The position numbers were made by a program, and so were the translations under genes. Shown in pieces: positions 1 through 10,884 of a DNA stretch of 64,000 bases. Below the pieces are notes generated by a model. That model had not been told where the DNA came from, did not search any database, and was given only the letters and a program-made list of their open reading frames with translations. Source of the stretch: Escherichia coli (GTDB lineage Bacteria > Pseudomonadota > Gammaproteobacteria > Enterobacterales > Enterobacteriaceae); the NCBI RefSeq assembly GCF_003334765.1, contig NZ_QOWT01000007.1; one strand, written 5' to 3'. Within the stretch, counting starts at the first letter, position 1. Every line of letters starts with the position of its first letter.

Positions 1-170
1 AGCTACCGTTTCCAGTAGTTATCCCCCTCCATCAGGCAGTTTCCCAGACATTACTCACCCGTCCGCCACTCGTCAGCGAAACAGCAAGCTGTTTCCTGTT
101 ACCGTTCGACTTGCATGTGTTAGGCCTGCCGCCAGCGTTCAATCTGAGCCATGATCAAACTCTTCAATTT
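1..170 (-). rRNA. rrsC: 16S ribosomal RNA, 5' portion only (gene runs off the window start)
   Basis: Reverse complement of 144-170 is AAATTGAAGAGTTTGATCATGGCTCAG (universal 16S 5' end); reverse complement of 1-60 matches the enterobacterial 16S V1-V2 region. Operon identity (rrnC) is inferred from the yieP/hsrA/rbs neighbours. Confidence 0.92.
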
Positions 171-294
171 AAAAGTTTGATGCTCAAAGAATTAAACTTC
201 GTAATGAATTACGTGTTCACTCTTGAGACTTGGTATTCATTTTTCGTCTTGCGACGTTAAGAATCCGTATCTTCGAGTGCCCACACAGATTGTC

Positions 295-314
295 TGATAA
301 ATTGTTAAAGAGCA
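295..314 (-). promoter_or_regulatory. rrn leader boxA antitermination element
   Basis: Minus strand reads TGCTCTTTAACAATTTATCA, matching the rrn boxA consensus, between the promoters and the mature 16S 5' end. Confidence 0.8.
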
Positions 315-344
315 GTGCCGCTTTGCTTTTTCTCAGCGGCGCGG

Positions 345-385
345 GGTGTGCATAATACGCTTTCCCGCTACAGAGTCAAGCATTT
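345..385 (-). promoter_or_regulatory. rRNA operon promoter P2
   Basis: Minus strand reads CTTGACTCTGTAGCGGGAAAGCGTATTATGCACACC: -35 TTGACT (374-379) and -10 TATTAT (352-357). Confidence 0.8.
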
Positions 386-464
386 ATTTTTGCTTTCTCT
401 GCCGGAGTTCTCAGGAGAACCCCGCTGACCCGGCGGCGTGTTTGCCGTTGTTCCGTGTCAGTGG

Positions 465-520
465 TGGCGCATTATAGGGAGTTATTCCGGCCTGACAAGA
501 GGAAATTTAAAATAATTTTC
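465..520 (-). promoter_or_regulatory. rRNA operon promoter P1 with UP element
   Basis: Minus strand reads AGAAAATTATTTTAAATTTCCTCTTGTCAGGCCGGAATAACTCCCTATAATGCGCCACCACTGAC: AT-rich UP element, -35 TTGTCA (493-498), 16-bp spacer, -10 TATAAT (471-476), GC-rich discriminator. Confidence 0.85.
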
Positions 521-650
521 TGACCGCGCATTTTTTCAGCAAAAGCCCCGTTAATGTGCCATAAAACAAGCAATTTGCCGTTTTTGCAACCGTAATCACA
601 CTTCCTGGTGGCATACTAAGGAGGAATAAAAAGAAAAAGGAAGATAAGTA

Positions 651-1343
651 ATGCCTTTAAGCGCACAACAGTTAGCTGCACAGAAAAACCTTTCGTATGT
701 TCTGGCTGAGAAGCTGGCGCAACGGATCTTAAAAGGTGAATATGAACCCGGCACCATTTTGCCCGGTGAGATTGAGCTGGGCGAGCAATTTGGAGTGAGT
801 CGTACAGCGGTACGCGAAGCGGTCAAAACGTTAACGGCAAAAGGGATGGTTTTACCGCGACCGCGAATTGGTACTCGGGTCATGCCACAATCGAACTGGA
901 ATTTTCTTGATCAGGAATTGCTTACCTGGTGGATGACAGAAGAGAACTTTCATCAGGTCATCGATCACTTTCTGGTTATGCGTATCTGTCTGGAGCCGCA
1001 AGCCTGCCTACTGGCAGCAACGGTTGGCACCGCGGAACAGAAAGCGCATCTCAATACGTTAATGGCCGAAATGGCGGCATTAAAAGAGAACTTTCGCCGT
1101 GAACGCTGGATCGAAGTCGATATGGCCTGGCATGAGCATATCTATGAAATGAGCGCCAATCCGTTTTTGACCTCATTCGCCTCGCTATTCCATTCGGTTT
1201 ATCACACTTACTTCACGTCAATTACCAGCGACACAGTGATAAAGCTGGATCTGCATCAGGCGATTGTCGATGCGATTATCCAAAGCGATGGCGACGCGGC
1301 ATTTAAAGCTTGTCAGGCGCTGCTACGCTCACCTGATAAGTGA
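651..1343 (+). CDS. yieP: GntR-family transcriptional regulator
   Basis: ORF track 651..1343, 230 aa; N-terminal winged-HTH region (GVSRTAVREAVKTL); position between rrnC and hsrA as in K-12. Confidence 0.85.
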   Translation: MPLSAQQLAAQKNLSYVLAEKLAQRILKGEYEPGTILPGEIELGEQFGVSRTAVREAVKTLTAKGMVLPRPRIGTRVMPQSNWNFLDQELLTWWMTEENFHQVIDHFLVMRICLEPQACLLAATVGTAEQKAHLNTLMAEMAALKENFRRERWIEVDMAWHEHIYEMSANPFLTSFASLFHSVYHTYFTSITSDTVIKLDLHQAIVDAIIQSDGDAAFKACQALLRSPDK

Positions 1344-1365
1344 TAACCCGATAACAGGACATTGA

Positions 1366-2793
1366 ATGAGCGATAAAAAGAAGCGCAGTATGGCGGGTTT
1401 GCCGTGGATCGCGGCGATGGCCTTCTTCATGCAGGCACTTGATGCCACTATTCTTAATACCGCCTTACCCGCAATCGCTCATAGCCTTAATCGTTCTCCT
1501 CTCGCGATGCAATCAGCCATCATCAGTTATACGCTGACGGTGGCGATGCTTATTCCGGTAAGCGGATGGCTAGCCGATCGCTTCGGTACGCGTCGCATTT
1601 TTACCCTTGCCGTGAGTCTGTTCACATTGGGTTCTCTGGCCTGCGCACTTTCTAATTCGCTACCACAGCTGGTTGTCTTCCGGGTTATTCAGGGGATAGG
1701 CGGCGCAATGATGATGCCTGTTGCTCGGCTGGCCTTACTGCGCGCTTATCCTCGTAATGAACTTCTTCCAGTATTGAATTTTGTCGCCATGCCGGGTCTG
1801 GTGGGGCCAATTTTAGGCCCCGTTCTTGGCGGCGTGCTGGTCACCTGGGCAACCTGGCACTGGATATTTTTAATCAATATCCCCATAGGTATTGCGGGCC
1901 TTCTTTACGCGCGCAAACATATGCCCAATTTCACCACCGCACGACGCAGATTCGATATCACTGGCTTTTTGCTGTTTGGCCTCAGCCTTGTTCTCTTCTC
2001 AAGCGGAATAGAGCTATTCGGGGAAAAGATTGTCGCCAGCTGGATTGCCTTGACGGTAATTGTCACCAGCATCGGGTTACTGCTTCTCTATATTCTCCAT
2101 GCACGACGCACGCCAAACCCATTAATTTCATTAGATTTATTTAAAACCCGCACTTTCTCGATCGGTATCGTAGGCAATATTGCAACCCGTCTGGGGACCG
2201 GCTGTGTACCGTTCCTTATGCCATTGATGTTACAGGTAGGATTTGGTTATCAGGCGTTTATTGCTGGCTGTATGATGGCACCGACAGCGTTAGGTTCCAT
2301 TATTGCAAAATCGATGGTTACCCAAGTCTTACGTCGTCTGGGCTATCGCCATACGTTAGTGGGGATCACGGTGATTATTGGGCTAATGATCGCTCAGTTC
2401 TCTTTGCAATCACCAGCAATGGCTATATGGATGCTGATCTTGCCGTTGTTTATATTAGGGATGGCTATGTCGACGCAGTTTACCGCGATGAATACCATCA
2501 CACTTGCCGATCTGACCGATGACAATGCCAGCAGCGGTAACAGTGTTCTGGCGGTCACGCAGCAACTGTCGATTAGTTTAGGCGTTGCTGTAAGTGCGGC
2601 CGTCCTTCGCGTTTATGAAGGAATGGAAGGCACAACGACTGTCGAACAATTCCACTATACGTTTATCACAATGGGCATTATTACTGTTGCTTCAGCAGCA
2701 ATGTTCATGCTTCTGAAAACAACCGATGGTAATAATTTGATCAAAAGACAGCGTAAATCTAAGCCGAACCGCGTTCCATCAGAATCGGAGTAA
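1366..2793 (+). CDS. hsrA: MFS-family efflux transporter
   Basis: ORF track 1366..2793, 475 aa; hydrophobic multi-TMS protein with MFS-type motifs; K-12 synteny (yieO/hsrA). Confidence 0.85.
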
Positions 2794-3751
2794 GTTGTAA
2801 TCGTTGTTGCTGAAGGGTCGGCTGGGTTATCCGATGGATGAGTACATCAATCGCCAGCTCCCCCAGTTCATCTTTCGGTTGGTGGATAGTGGTTAATGGT
2901 GGCGTCATAAAGCTTGCCAGTTCGATATCGTCATAGCCAATCACCGCGATATCCTGCGGAACCTGTAACTCTGCCTGATATAACGCCTGGTAAACGCCAA
3001 CAGCCATAGCGTCATTTCCGGTAAAGACGGCCTGAGGACGCAGCGGATGTGATAGCAGTTGGCGCATAGCGTCAAACCCGCCGTTAAATTCAAAATCACC
3101 AGTGACTTCATAGCCATCAGGAATGTTGAGACCCGCACGTTTCATCGCCGCCCGATAACCTTCCAACCGCAGGCGCGCCGGAGTTTTATCCAGCGGGCCG
3201 GTAATACAGGCGATACGGGTATGACCTTTATCGATCAGATATTGCGTTGCTAAGTCTCCGCCCAGCAACGAGTTATCCTGAATAAGATCGCTGTCGCCAT
3301 CGAACGGAGCCCAGTCCATCATCACAGTAAGCACTGTCGGATAACGTTGCATGATTTCACGCGAAGGTTGATGCGTTTCGGTGCACAGTAACAGCAAGCC
3401 ATCAACGCGTTTTTGCATCAGCGTTTCCAGATTGCGATTCATCCGCTGTTCATCGCCTTCGGTATTGCAAAGGACGAGACTATAACCGCGTTCGAAGCAG
3501 CTGCGTTCAACGCCACGCACCAGTTCTGAATAGAAAGGATTGGTACTGGCAGTGATCAACATGCCAATGGTATGTGTTTGATTGAGTTTGAGGCTACGCG
3601 CCAGAGCTGATGGCGCGTAATTGAGTTCTTTAATCGCCGCTTCAACTTTGGCGGTAATCGCTTCACTGACGAAGCGATCTTTATTGATAACGTGAGAAAC
3701 TGTTGAGGTAGAAACGCCCGCCAGGCGGGCAACATCTTTCATTGTAGCCAA
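2759..3751 (-). CDS. rbsR: Ribose operon repressor, LacI family
   Basis: ORF track 330 aa; N-terminus [24 protein letters not shown] (LacI-type HTH); directly downstream of rbsK. Confidence 0.95.
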
Positions 3752-3754
3752 GCG

Positions 3755-4684
3755 TCACCTCTGCCTGTCTAAAAATGCGTCGATCTCTTCACGCCACGGT
3801 ACGGAAGGTTGTGCGCCTTTACGTGTTACGGCAATCGCAGCGGCAGCATGGGCAAAACGAATCGCCTCTGGCAATGGTTTTTCTTCCAGCAATGCCGTGA
3901 TTAACGCACCGTTAAAGGTATCTCCGGCAGCAATGGTATCGACAGCCTGCACCCGGAATCCAGGAACGCGCTGACCTTCACCATTCACGCTAGCCCATAC
4001 ACCACGACTTCCTAAAGTAATCAGTACAGTACGGATACCTTTTTCATGCAGTACCTGCGCCGCCTTCGCTGCATCTTCATCATTTTCAACACGAATACCG
4101 GTGAGCTTTTCTGCTTCCGTTTCGTTTGGCGTAATAATGTCCACCAGCGCCAGCAGTTCGTCAGGAAGTTCGCGAGCCGGAGCCGGGTTAAGCGCAACGA
4201 TAGTCTTATTTTGATGGGCGATTTTCGCCGCTGCCATCACACTTTCGAGTGGTGATTCCAGCTGCATTAATAATGCTGACGCGTTGGCAATACGCTCACG
4301 TTGCGCTTCCACCAGCGCCGGGGAAAGGGCAGCATTAGCGCCGGCATGAATACCGATGACATTCTCACCTTCGCCATTAACAAAAATCAGCGCCACACCT
4401 GTTGATTCGCCTTTGATCACGCTGACCGGAGTAATATCAATGTTATCAGTGGCGAGCTGCTGGCGAACGCTCTCACCAATGCTGTCATCACCCGTACAGG
4501 CAATAAACGCGATATTCGCACCGCTACGCCCAGCAGCCACAGCCTGATTCGCGCCTTTGCCGCCAAATGCAACCTGATAGTGGTTACCGGTTACGGTTTC
4601 GCCTGGAGTAGGAAAAGATTGAAGATTAAGAATGTGGTCAGCATTAATGCTGCCAAGAACAACGAGACTGCCTGCGTTTTGCAT
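3755..4684 (-). CDS. rbsK: Ribokinase
   Basis: ORF track 3755..4711; I place the start at the internal Met (MQNAGSLVVLGSINADHIL), giving 309 aa; PfkB-family motifs. Confidence 0.93.
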   Translation of the reverse strand: MQNAGSLVVLGSINADHILNLQSFPTPGETVTGNHYQVAFGGKGANQAVAAGRSGANIAFIACTGDDSIGESVRQQLATDNIDITPVSVIKGESTGVALIFVNGEGENVIGIHAGANAALSPALVEAQRERIANASALLMQLESPLESVMAAAKIAHQNKTIVALNPAPARELPDELLALVDIITPNETEAEKLTGIRVENDEDAAKAAQVLHEKGIRTVLITLGSRGVWASVNGEGQRVPGFRVQAVDTIAAGDTFNGALITALLEEKPLPEAIRFAHAAAAIAVTRKGAQPSVPWREEIDAFLDRQR

Positions 4685-4809
4685 ATTCGGGATGTCCATA
4701 AAATGCGCCACCGTGTTAGGGTGGCGCGTGCCCTGCTTTTCTTTATATTACACGTTCATCTGTCGATGACGTATTTATGTCACCATCAGGTCATACAACC
4801 TGATTAAAA

Positions 4810-5700
4810 CTACTGCTTAACAACCAGTTTCAGATCAACCGGATACTTAGCCTGAACTTTCTCGCCTTTCAGCACTTTATCTGCGGTTTCGACGCCTTTC
4901 GCGCCAATCTGATCGGGTAGCTGAGCGATAGTCGCTGCTAGTTTGCCATCATTCACCGCTTTTTCGCCATCCGGTGTACCGTCAAATCCGACGACCATCA
5001 CATCCGATTTACCGGCAGTTTGCAGTGCGCGCAGCGCGCCCAGCGCCATTTCATCATTCTGCGCGAATACAGCCTGAACATCCGGATGAGCGGTCAACAG
5101 GTTCTGCATTACGTTCAAACCTTTAGTGCGATCAAAATCTGCTGGCTGGCTGGCAAGAACATTAAACTTGTGAGCAGCAACGGCCTGCTGGAAGCCTTCG
5201 CCACGTTCACGGGCTGCGGATGTACCAGCAATGCCTTGCAGCTCGATAACTTTGGCACCTTCACCCGCTTTCTTCGCGATGTAATCACCAGCGATTTTGC
5301 CGCCCAGTACGTTATCAGAAGCAATGTGGCTCACCACTTCACCTTTCGTTGCCTGGCGGTCAAGAGTGATAACCGGGATGTTCGCCTGGTTAGCCATCTT
5401 CACAGCATTACCCACTGCGTCGGAGTCGGTCGGGTTAATCAGCAGAATTTTTGTGCCGCGAACGGTTAAGTCCTGCACGTTCGCCAGCTCTTTCGCCGGG
5501 TTGTTCTGGGAGTCCAGCACCACCAGGTTATAGCCAAGTTTATCCGCCTCTTTCTGCGCGCCATCTTTCAGCGATACAAAGAACGGGTTGTTAAGCGTGG
5601 AGACCACCAGCGCGATGGTGTCTTTTGCCATCGCATTCGCACTGACGGTGGCGCTTAGCGCAACAGCGGAAACCAGGGTAGCCAGTTTTTTCATGTTCAT
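4810..5700 (-). CDS. rbsB: Periplasmic ribose-binding protein
   Basis: ORF track 4810..5706; start trimmed by two codons to [23 protein letters not shown] (signal peptide), 296 aa. Confidence 0.93.
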   Translation of the reverse strand: MNMKKLATLVSAVALSATVSANAMAKDTIALVVSTLNNPFFVSLKDGAQKEADKLGYNLVVLDSQNNPAKELANVQDLTVRGTKILLINPTDSDAVGNAVKMANQANIPVITLDRQATKGEVVSHIASDNVLGGKIAGDYIAKKAGEGAKVIELQGIAGTSAARERGEGFQQAVAAHKFNVLASQPADFDRTKGLNVMQNLLTAHPDVQAVFAQNDEMALGALRALQTAGKSDVMVVGFDGTPDGEKAVNDGKLAATIAQLPDQIGAKGVETADKVLKGEKVQAKYPVDLKLVVKQ

Positions 5701-5724
5701 ATTCAAGATGTCCTGTAGTCGTTA

Positions 5725-6690
5725 TTACTGCTTTTTGTTGTCTACCAGCACCGCCAGCAAAATCACCACCGCTTTGACGATCATCTGGTAATAGGAGGAA
5801 ACACCTAACAAATTCAATCCATTATTAAGGAAGCCAAGAATTAATGCGCCGATCAACGTCCCAACAATGCGACCTTTTCCGCCCGCCAGACTCGTACCGC
5901 CCAGAACCACCGCAGCAATAGCATCCAGCTCATAGCCAGTCCCCGCCGTGGGTTGTGCGGAGGAGAGACGCGCCACTTCAATGATCCCGGCCAGCGATGC
6001 CAGCAGACCACAAAGAGAATAGACGATGATTTTGATTTTATTGACGTTGATACCAGAAAGACGCGTTGCCGCTTCGTTGCCGCCCAGCGCGTAGATGTAA
6101 CGCCCCAGACGCGTGTGATGCAGCATGTACCAGGCCGCGAGGAAGACAATCCCCATGATCCAGACTGGCGTCGGTACGCCCAGCGGACGACCAATACCAA
6201 ACCAGCCAAACAGATCGGCGTTCTCAGTAAAGCCGGTATTCACTGGGCTACCGTTGGTATAAACCATGGTCACGCCGCGCAGTAAAAGCATCATAACCAG
6301 CGTAGCGATAAACGCCTGGACGCGACCTTTCGCTACAATCACCCCGGTTACCGCACCAATTGCGGCACCTAACGCGAGAGCAGCAGCGACAGCCACCAGC
6401 GCATTGACTTCAATGCCGACGATAGATGCAGCAACTGCGCCGGTCAGCGCCAACAGAGAACCTACCGATAAGTCGATGCCCGACGTCAGGATCACCAGCG
6501 TCATCCCGACCGCCATAATGGCGTTCACTGAGGTTTGCTGGAGAATATTGAATAAGTTATTGATGGTGAAAAAGTTCGGGCTTAACGTCGAGACAATCGC
6601 GATCAGCACCAGCAGAGCGATAAGCGATTTCTGCTCCATCAGCCACGCTTTCGTGAAATAACGGCGACCAGAGACAGTCTGGGTTGTCAT
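5725..6690 (-). CDS. rbsC: Ribose ABC transporter permease
   Basis: ORF track 321 aa; polytopic membrane protein in the rbs operon. Confidence 0.95.
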   Translation of the reverse strand: MTTQTVSGRRYFTKAWLMEQKSLIALLVLIAIVSTLSPNFFTINNLFNILQQTSVNAIMAVGMTLVILTSGIDLSVGSLLALTGAVAASIVGIEVNALVAVAAALALGAAIGAVTGVIVAKGRVQAFIATLVMMLLLRGVTMVYTNGSPVNTGFTENADLFGWFGIGRPLGVPTPVWIMGIVFLAAWYMLHHTRLGRYIYALGGNEAATRLSGINVNKIKIIVYSLCGLLASLAGIIEVARLSSAQPTAGTGYELDAIAAVVLGGTSLAGGKGRIVGTLIGALILGFLNNGLNLLGVSSYYQMIVKAVVILLAVLVDNKKQ

Positions 6691-6694
6691 TTTT

Positions 6695-8200
6695 TTACTC
6701 CTGATTCACGCGATTAAGCTTGCCCACAGCGGCAGCCATTAACACTTCCTGGGTGGCCTGCTCACGAGTAAATTCCCCGCTGAGATGCCCTTCATGCATG
6801 ACGATGATGCGATCGCTCATGCCTAATACTTCTGGCATCTCCGATGACACCAGAATGATGCTCAAGCCATCGGCTTTGAACTGGTTAATCAGTTGATAGA
6901 TCTCTTTTTTCGCGCCGACATCTACGCCACGGGTAGGTTCATCAAGGATCAACACTTTGGGGCGTGTCATCAGACCGCGGGCAATCGCCACTTTTTGCTG
7001 ATTGCCACCGGAAAGCAGACCAATTGCCTGTTCCATCGACGGAGTTTTCACATTAAACAGACGAATGAAATCACTCACAGCCTGCTGTTCATCGGCATGC
7101 TTCAAACTGCCGCCAGCGCGGCTGAAGTAGCGCAGCGCTGTCAGCGACATGTTCTCTTTTACTGACATGCCCAACACTAAACCGTCACGTTTACGGTCTT
7201 CGGAGATATACACAATGCCGTTTGCCAGGCCATCCTGCGGTGAACGGGTAACGACTTCATGCCCATCCAGGGTGACGTAACCGCTGGTGCGCGGTAGTGC
7301 GCCGTAGAGCACTTTCATCAGTTCGGTACGACCTGCGCCCATCAAACCAGAGACGCCAAGAATTTCGCCTTTGCGTAAAGTAAAAGAGACATCGTTAACG
7401 CCAGGTCCGCAGAGATTATCGACTTTCAGGCGGATATCTCCCGGCGCTTTGTCCAGGTGCGGATATTGATCTTCCAGCTTGCGACCCACCATCATCTCAA
7501 TCAGCGAATCTTCGGTCAGTGATGCCACTTCGCGCTCAGCAATAAATTGCCCATCACGAAAAACGGTAACGTCATCGCAAATCTCGAAGATTTCTTTCAT
7601 GCGGTGGGAGATATAGACAATACCGCGGCCTTGCGATTTCAGCTCGCGGATGACGCGGAACAGGGATTCGGTTTCGGTATCGGTCAGCGCATCGGTCGGT
7701 TCATCCATAATGATGACTTTCGACTCAAAGCTCAGCACTTTGGCGATTTCAACCATTTGCTGGTCACCGATGGAAAGATCGCCCACCAGCTTGTCGCTTT
7801 TAAAGCGCAGGTTAAGTTTAGCCAGCAATTTATCCGCTTCGGCATACATGGTTTTCCAGTCAATTTTGCCAAAGCGATTAACAAACTCACGACCGAGGAA
7901 AATGTTTTCGGCAATGGTCAACTGCGGGATCAGGTTCAGTTCCTGATGGATAATCCCAATCCCGGCTTCCTGGGAAGATTTTGGCCCGGTAAATGTCGTT
8001 TCTTTCCCCAGCCATAAAAGCGTACCGGCATCGCGAGTATAGATGCCAGTAAGCACTTTCATCATGGTGGATTTACCCGCGCCGTTTTCGCCCACCAGCG
8101 CCATCACGCGGCCCGGATAGACATTTAACGCTGCGCCCGAGAGGGCTTTTACGCCCGGGAAGGCTTTATCGATGCCTTTAAGCTGAAGTAATGCTTCCAT
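6695..8200 (-). CDS. rbsA: Ribose ABC transporter ATP-binding protein (duplicated ABC domains)
   Basis: ORF track 501 aa; Walker [10 protein letters not shown] and a second ABC domain. Confidence 0.95.
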
Positions 8201-8207
8201 GACGGCC

Positions 8208-8627
8208 TCAGAACGTCACGCCAGCACAGAGAATGATATTCGCATACGGAGAACATTCTCCGCTGCGAATTACCGCCTGACTTTCTGCGGTTTGTTGTTT
8301 GAATTGTTCATGCGTGGTGTAACGAATTTCAATGGTATTTCCCTGGTGTTTTTGCAGCTGCTCAAGGTGAGTGAGCAACGTTTCGTGGAGTTGCGGATTA
8401 TGGTGTTTGATCTCTTCCGCGATAATGGCCGCCTCGACCTGCATTTCATTTGTGACGACGCCCAGCACCTGCATAAAAGAAGGTACACCCTGGGTTAATG
8501 CCATATCGATACGCGTTGTACTTTTGGGGATGGGTAAACCAGCATCACACACCACCAGCGTATCGGTATGTCCCAGACGGGAGATCACCGATGAAATATC
8601 AGAATTAAGAACGGTGCCTTTTTTCAT
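8208..8627 (-). CDS. rbsD: D-ribose pyranase
   Basis: ORF track 8208..8663; start placed at [23 protein letters not shown] (139 aa) with GGAG 7 nt upstream; the longer track ORF would read through the operator. Confidence 0.9.
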
Positions 8628-8638
8628 TTTTTTCTCCA

Positions 8639-8658
8639 TCAGCGAAACGTTTCGCTGA
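8639..8658. promoter_or_regulatory. RbsR operator (perfect 20-bp palindrome)
   Basis: TCAGCGAAACGTTTCGCTGA is its own reverse complement; LacI/PurR-type CG-centred operator immediately upstream of the rbsD Shine-Dalgarno. Confidence 0.8.
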
Positions 8659-8793
8659 CCCACAGTTTAATCCTGACTGAGTTGGGAAAACCATCGTGAC
8701 GTTACGGAAATGTGATCAACCTCGAAACGTTTTACATGGTGATTAACCATGAAAACAAAAACGCCCCCTTATGAAGAAAGGAGGCGTCTGGCG

Positions 8794-10662
8794 TTAGATT
8801 TCGACCTGAGTACCCAGTTCGATAACCCTGTTTGGCGGGATTTCAAATTGATCTGGTGCACGCAGCGCATTACGTTGCAGCAGCAAGTACAGCTTGCCGC
8901 GCAGACGCAAATACCACGGGCGTTTGCCGAGGATCAACGACTCATGCGACATAAAGAAGGAGGTTTCCATCATCCGGCAACTTAATCCTTCCAGACCGCA
9001 GCGGTGGAAAACTTCTTCTACGTTTGGCGTTTCTCGCCAACCATAACTTGCCACCACGCGCCAGAAAGTGGGCGACAGTTGTTCAATCTGTACCCGACGG
9101 ACGTTATGGACATATGGAGCGTCTTCGGTGCGCAGAGTTAACAGAATCACCCGCTCATGCAATACCTTGTTATGTTTAAGGTTATGCATCAGCGCAAAGG
9201 GAATGACGTTGATTGCACGCGACATATACACCGCGGTCCCGGGCACGCGAACAGGCGGTGATTTCTCCAGCGAAGCAATCATCGCTTCCAGAGAGTTACC
9301 ATGTTCATGCATCCGCCGCAGCAAGCGGAAACGCTCGCTCTTCCAGGTGGTCATCACGATAAACATCACAGTACCGAGGCTCAATGGCAACCAGCCGCCG
9401 GAGAGCAGTTTATCGAGGTTAGCGGTGAACAATGGAATATCGACACAAAGGAAAGCAATCAGGATCAGCGCAACAAAATACTTATTCCAGTGCCAGTTCT
9501 GACGTGCCACGGTAGTCGAGAGAATAGACGTCAGCACCATGGTTCCGGTCACCGCAATCCCGTACGCCGCCGCCAGGTTGCTGGAGTGCTCAAAGCTGAC
9601 AATCACAATCACGACCGCGACATAGAGCATCCAGTTCACAAACGGAATATAGATTTGCCCTGACTCCATTTCGGAGGTGTGAATAATGCGCATCGGCGAC
9701 AAATATCCCAGACGTACCGCCTGACGCGTCAATGAGAAGACGCCAGAGATAACCGCCTGCGAGGCAATTACCGTCGCCAGTGCGGCGATGATCAGCAGCG
9801 GGATCAGCGCCCAGTCCGGTGCCAACAGGAAGAACGGGTTCTTAATCGCTTCCGGGTTCTTTAACAACAGCGCTCCCTGACCGAAGTAATTAAGGGTCAA
9901 GGAAGGTAATACGACGGTGAACCACGCCAGGCGAATAGGGAACTTACCAAAGTGCCCCATATCAGCATACAGCGCCTCGACCCCCGTAATCGACAACACC
10001 ACTGCCCCTAATGCAATAAAAGAAACCGTTTTGTATTCAAGGAAGAAATGCACCGCCCACATTGGATTCAGCGCATGCAGCACTTCCGGGTTAGCAATAA
10101 TGCTACGTAACCCCAGTCCTGCCAGAATCAAAAACCAGGTCAGCATGATCGGCGCAAACAGCTTACCGACCATAGCCGTGCCATGTTTTTGAATCATAAA
10201 TAATAAAGTGAGAACGATAATTGAGAGGGGAACTATCCAGGTATCCAGCTGCGGGGCGACGATTTCCAGACCTTCAATGGCTGACATCACCGAAATAGCG
10301 GGTGTTATGACGACTTCACCATAGAAAAAGCTGCCGCCGATTAGCCCCATAATCACCAGCATTGATGTGGTTCGCGCCGACGTATTACGCCCGGCAAGCG
10401 ACATCAACGTCAGGATCCCCCCCTCACCGGCGTTATCTGCCCGCATCACGAAGGTGAGATATTTAATGGAAACCACAAAGATTAGCAGCCAGAAGATCAG
10501 CGATAAAAAGCCAAACACGGCATCGCGTTCAACGCCAAAACCAAACTGGCCGGACAAACATTCACGAAGTGTATATAACGGGCTGGTACCAATATCGCCG
10601 TAGACAACTCCAATCGCCGCGAGGGTAATCGCGGGCAATGATTGCTTATTATCAGTGCTCAT
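8794..10662 (-). CDS. kup: Low-affinity K+ uptake transporter (KUP family)
   Basis: ORF track 622 aa; N-terminus [30 protein letters not shown]. Confidence 0.95.
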
Positions 10663-10884
10663 AGACTAGTCTTTCGTTGAAATATGAAATGTGTGCTTAG
10701 TCCCTTGGCCCACAAAAAAGCGCACAGTATGCACGATTAACGGCAAAATCGTACTCCTAAATGCGGCCACATTAACCTGGCTCAAAGAAAAATACCCCCC
10801 CTTTGAGACTATTTTAGCCACCAGCAAGAAACGTCTATACTCGCAATTTACGCAGAACTTTTGACGAAAGGACGCCACTTCATT

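Noticed and set aside
596-883. 95-aa minus ORF overlapping the yieP start
   Set aside because: Overlaps the better-supported yieP; no RBS and Cys/Ser-rich composition.
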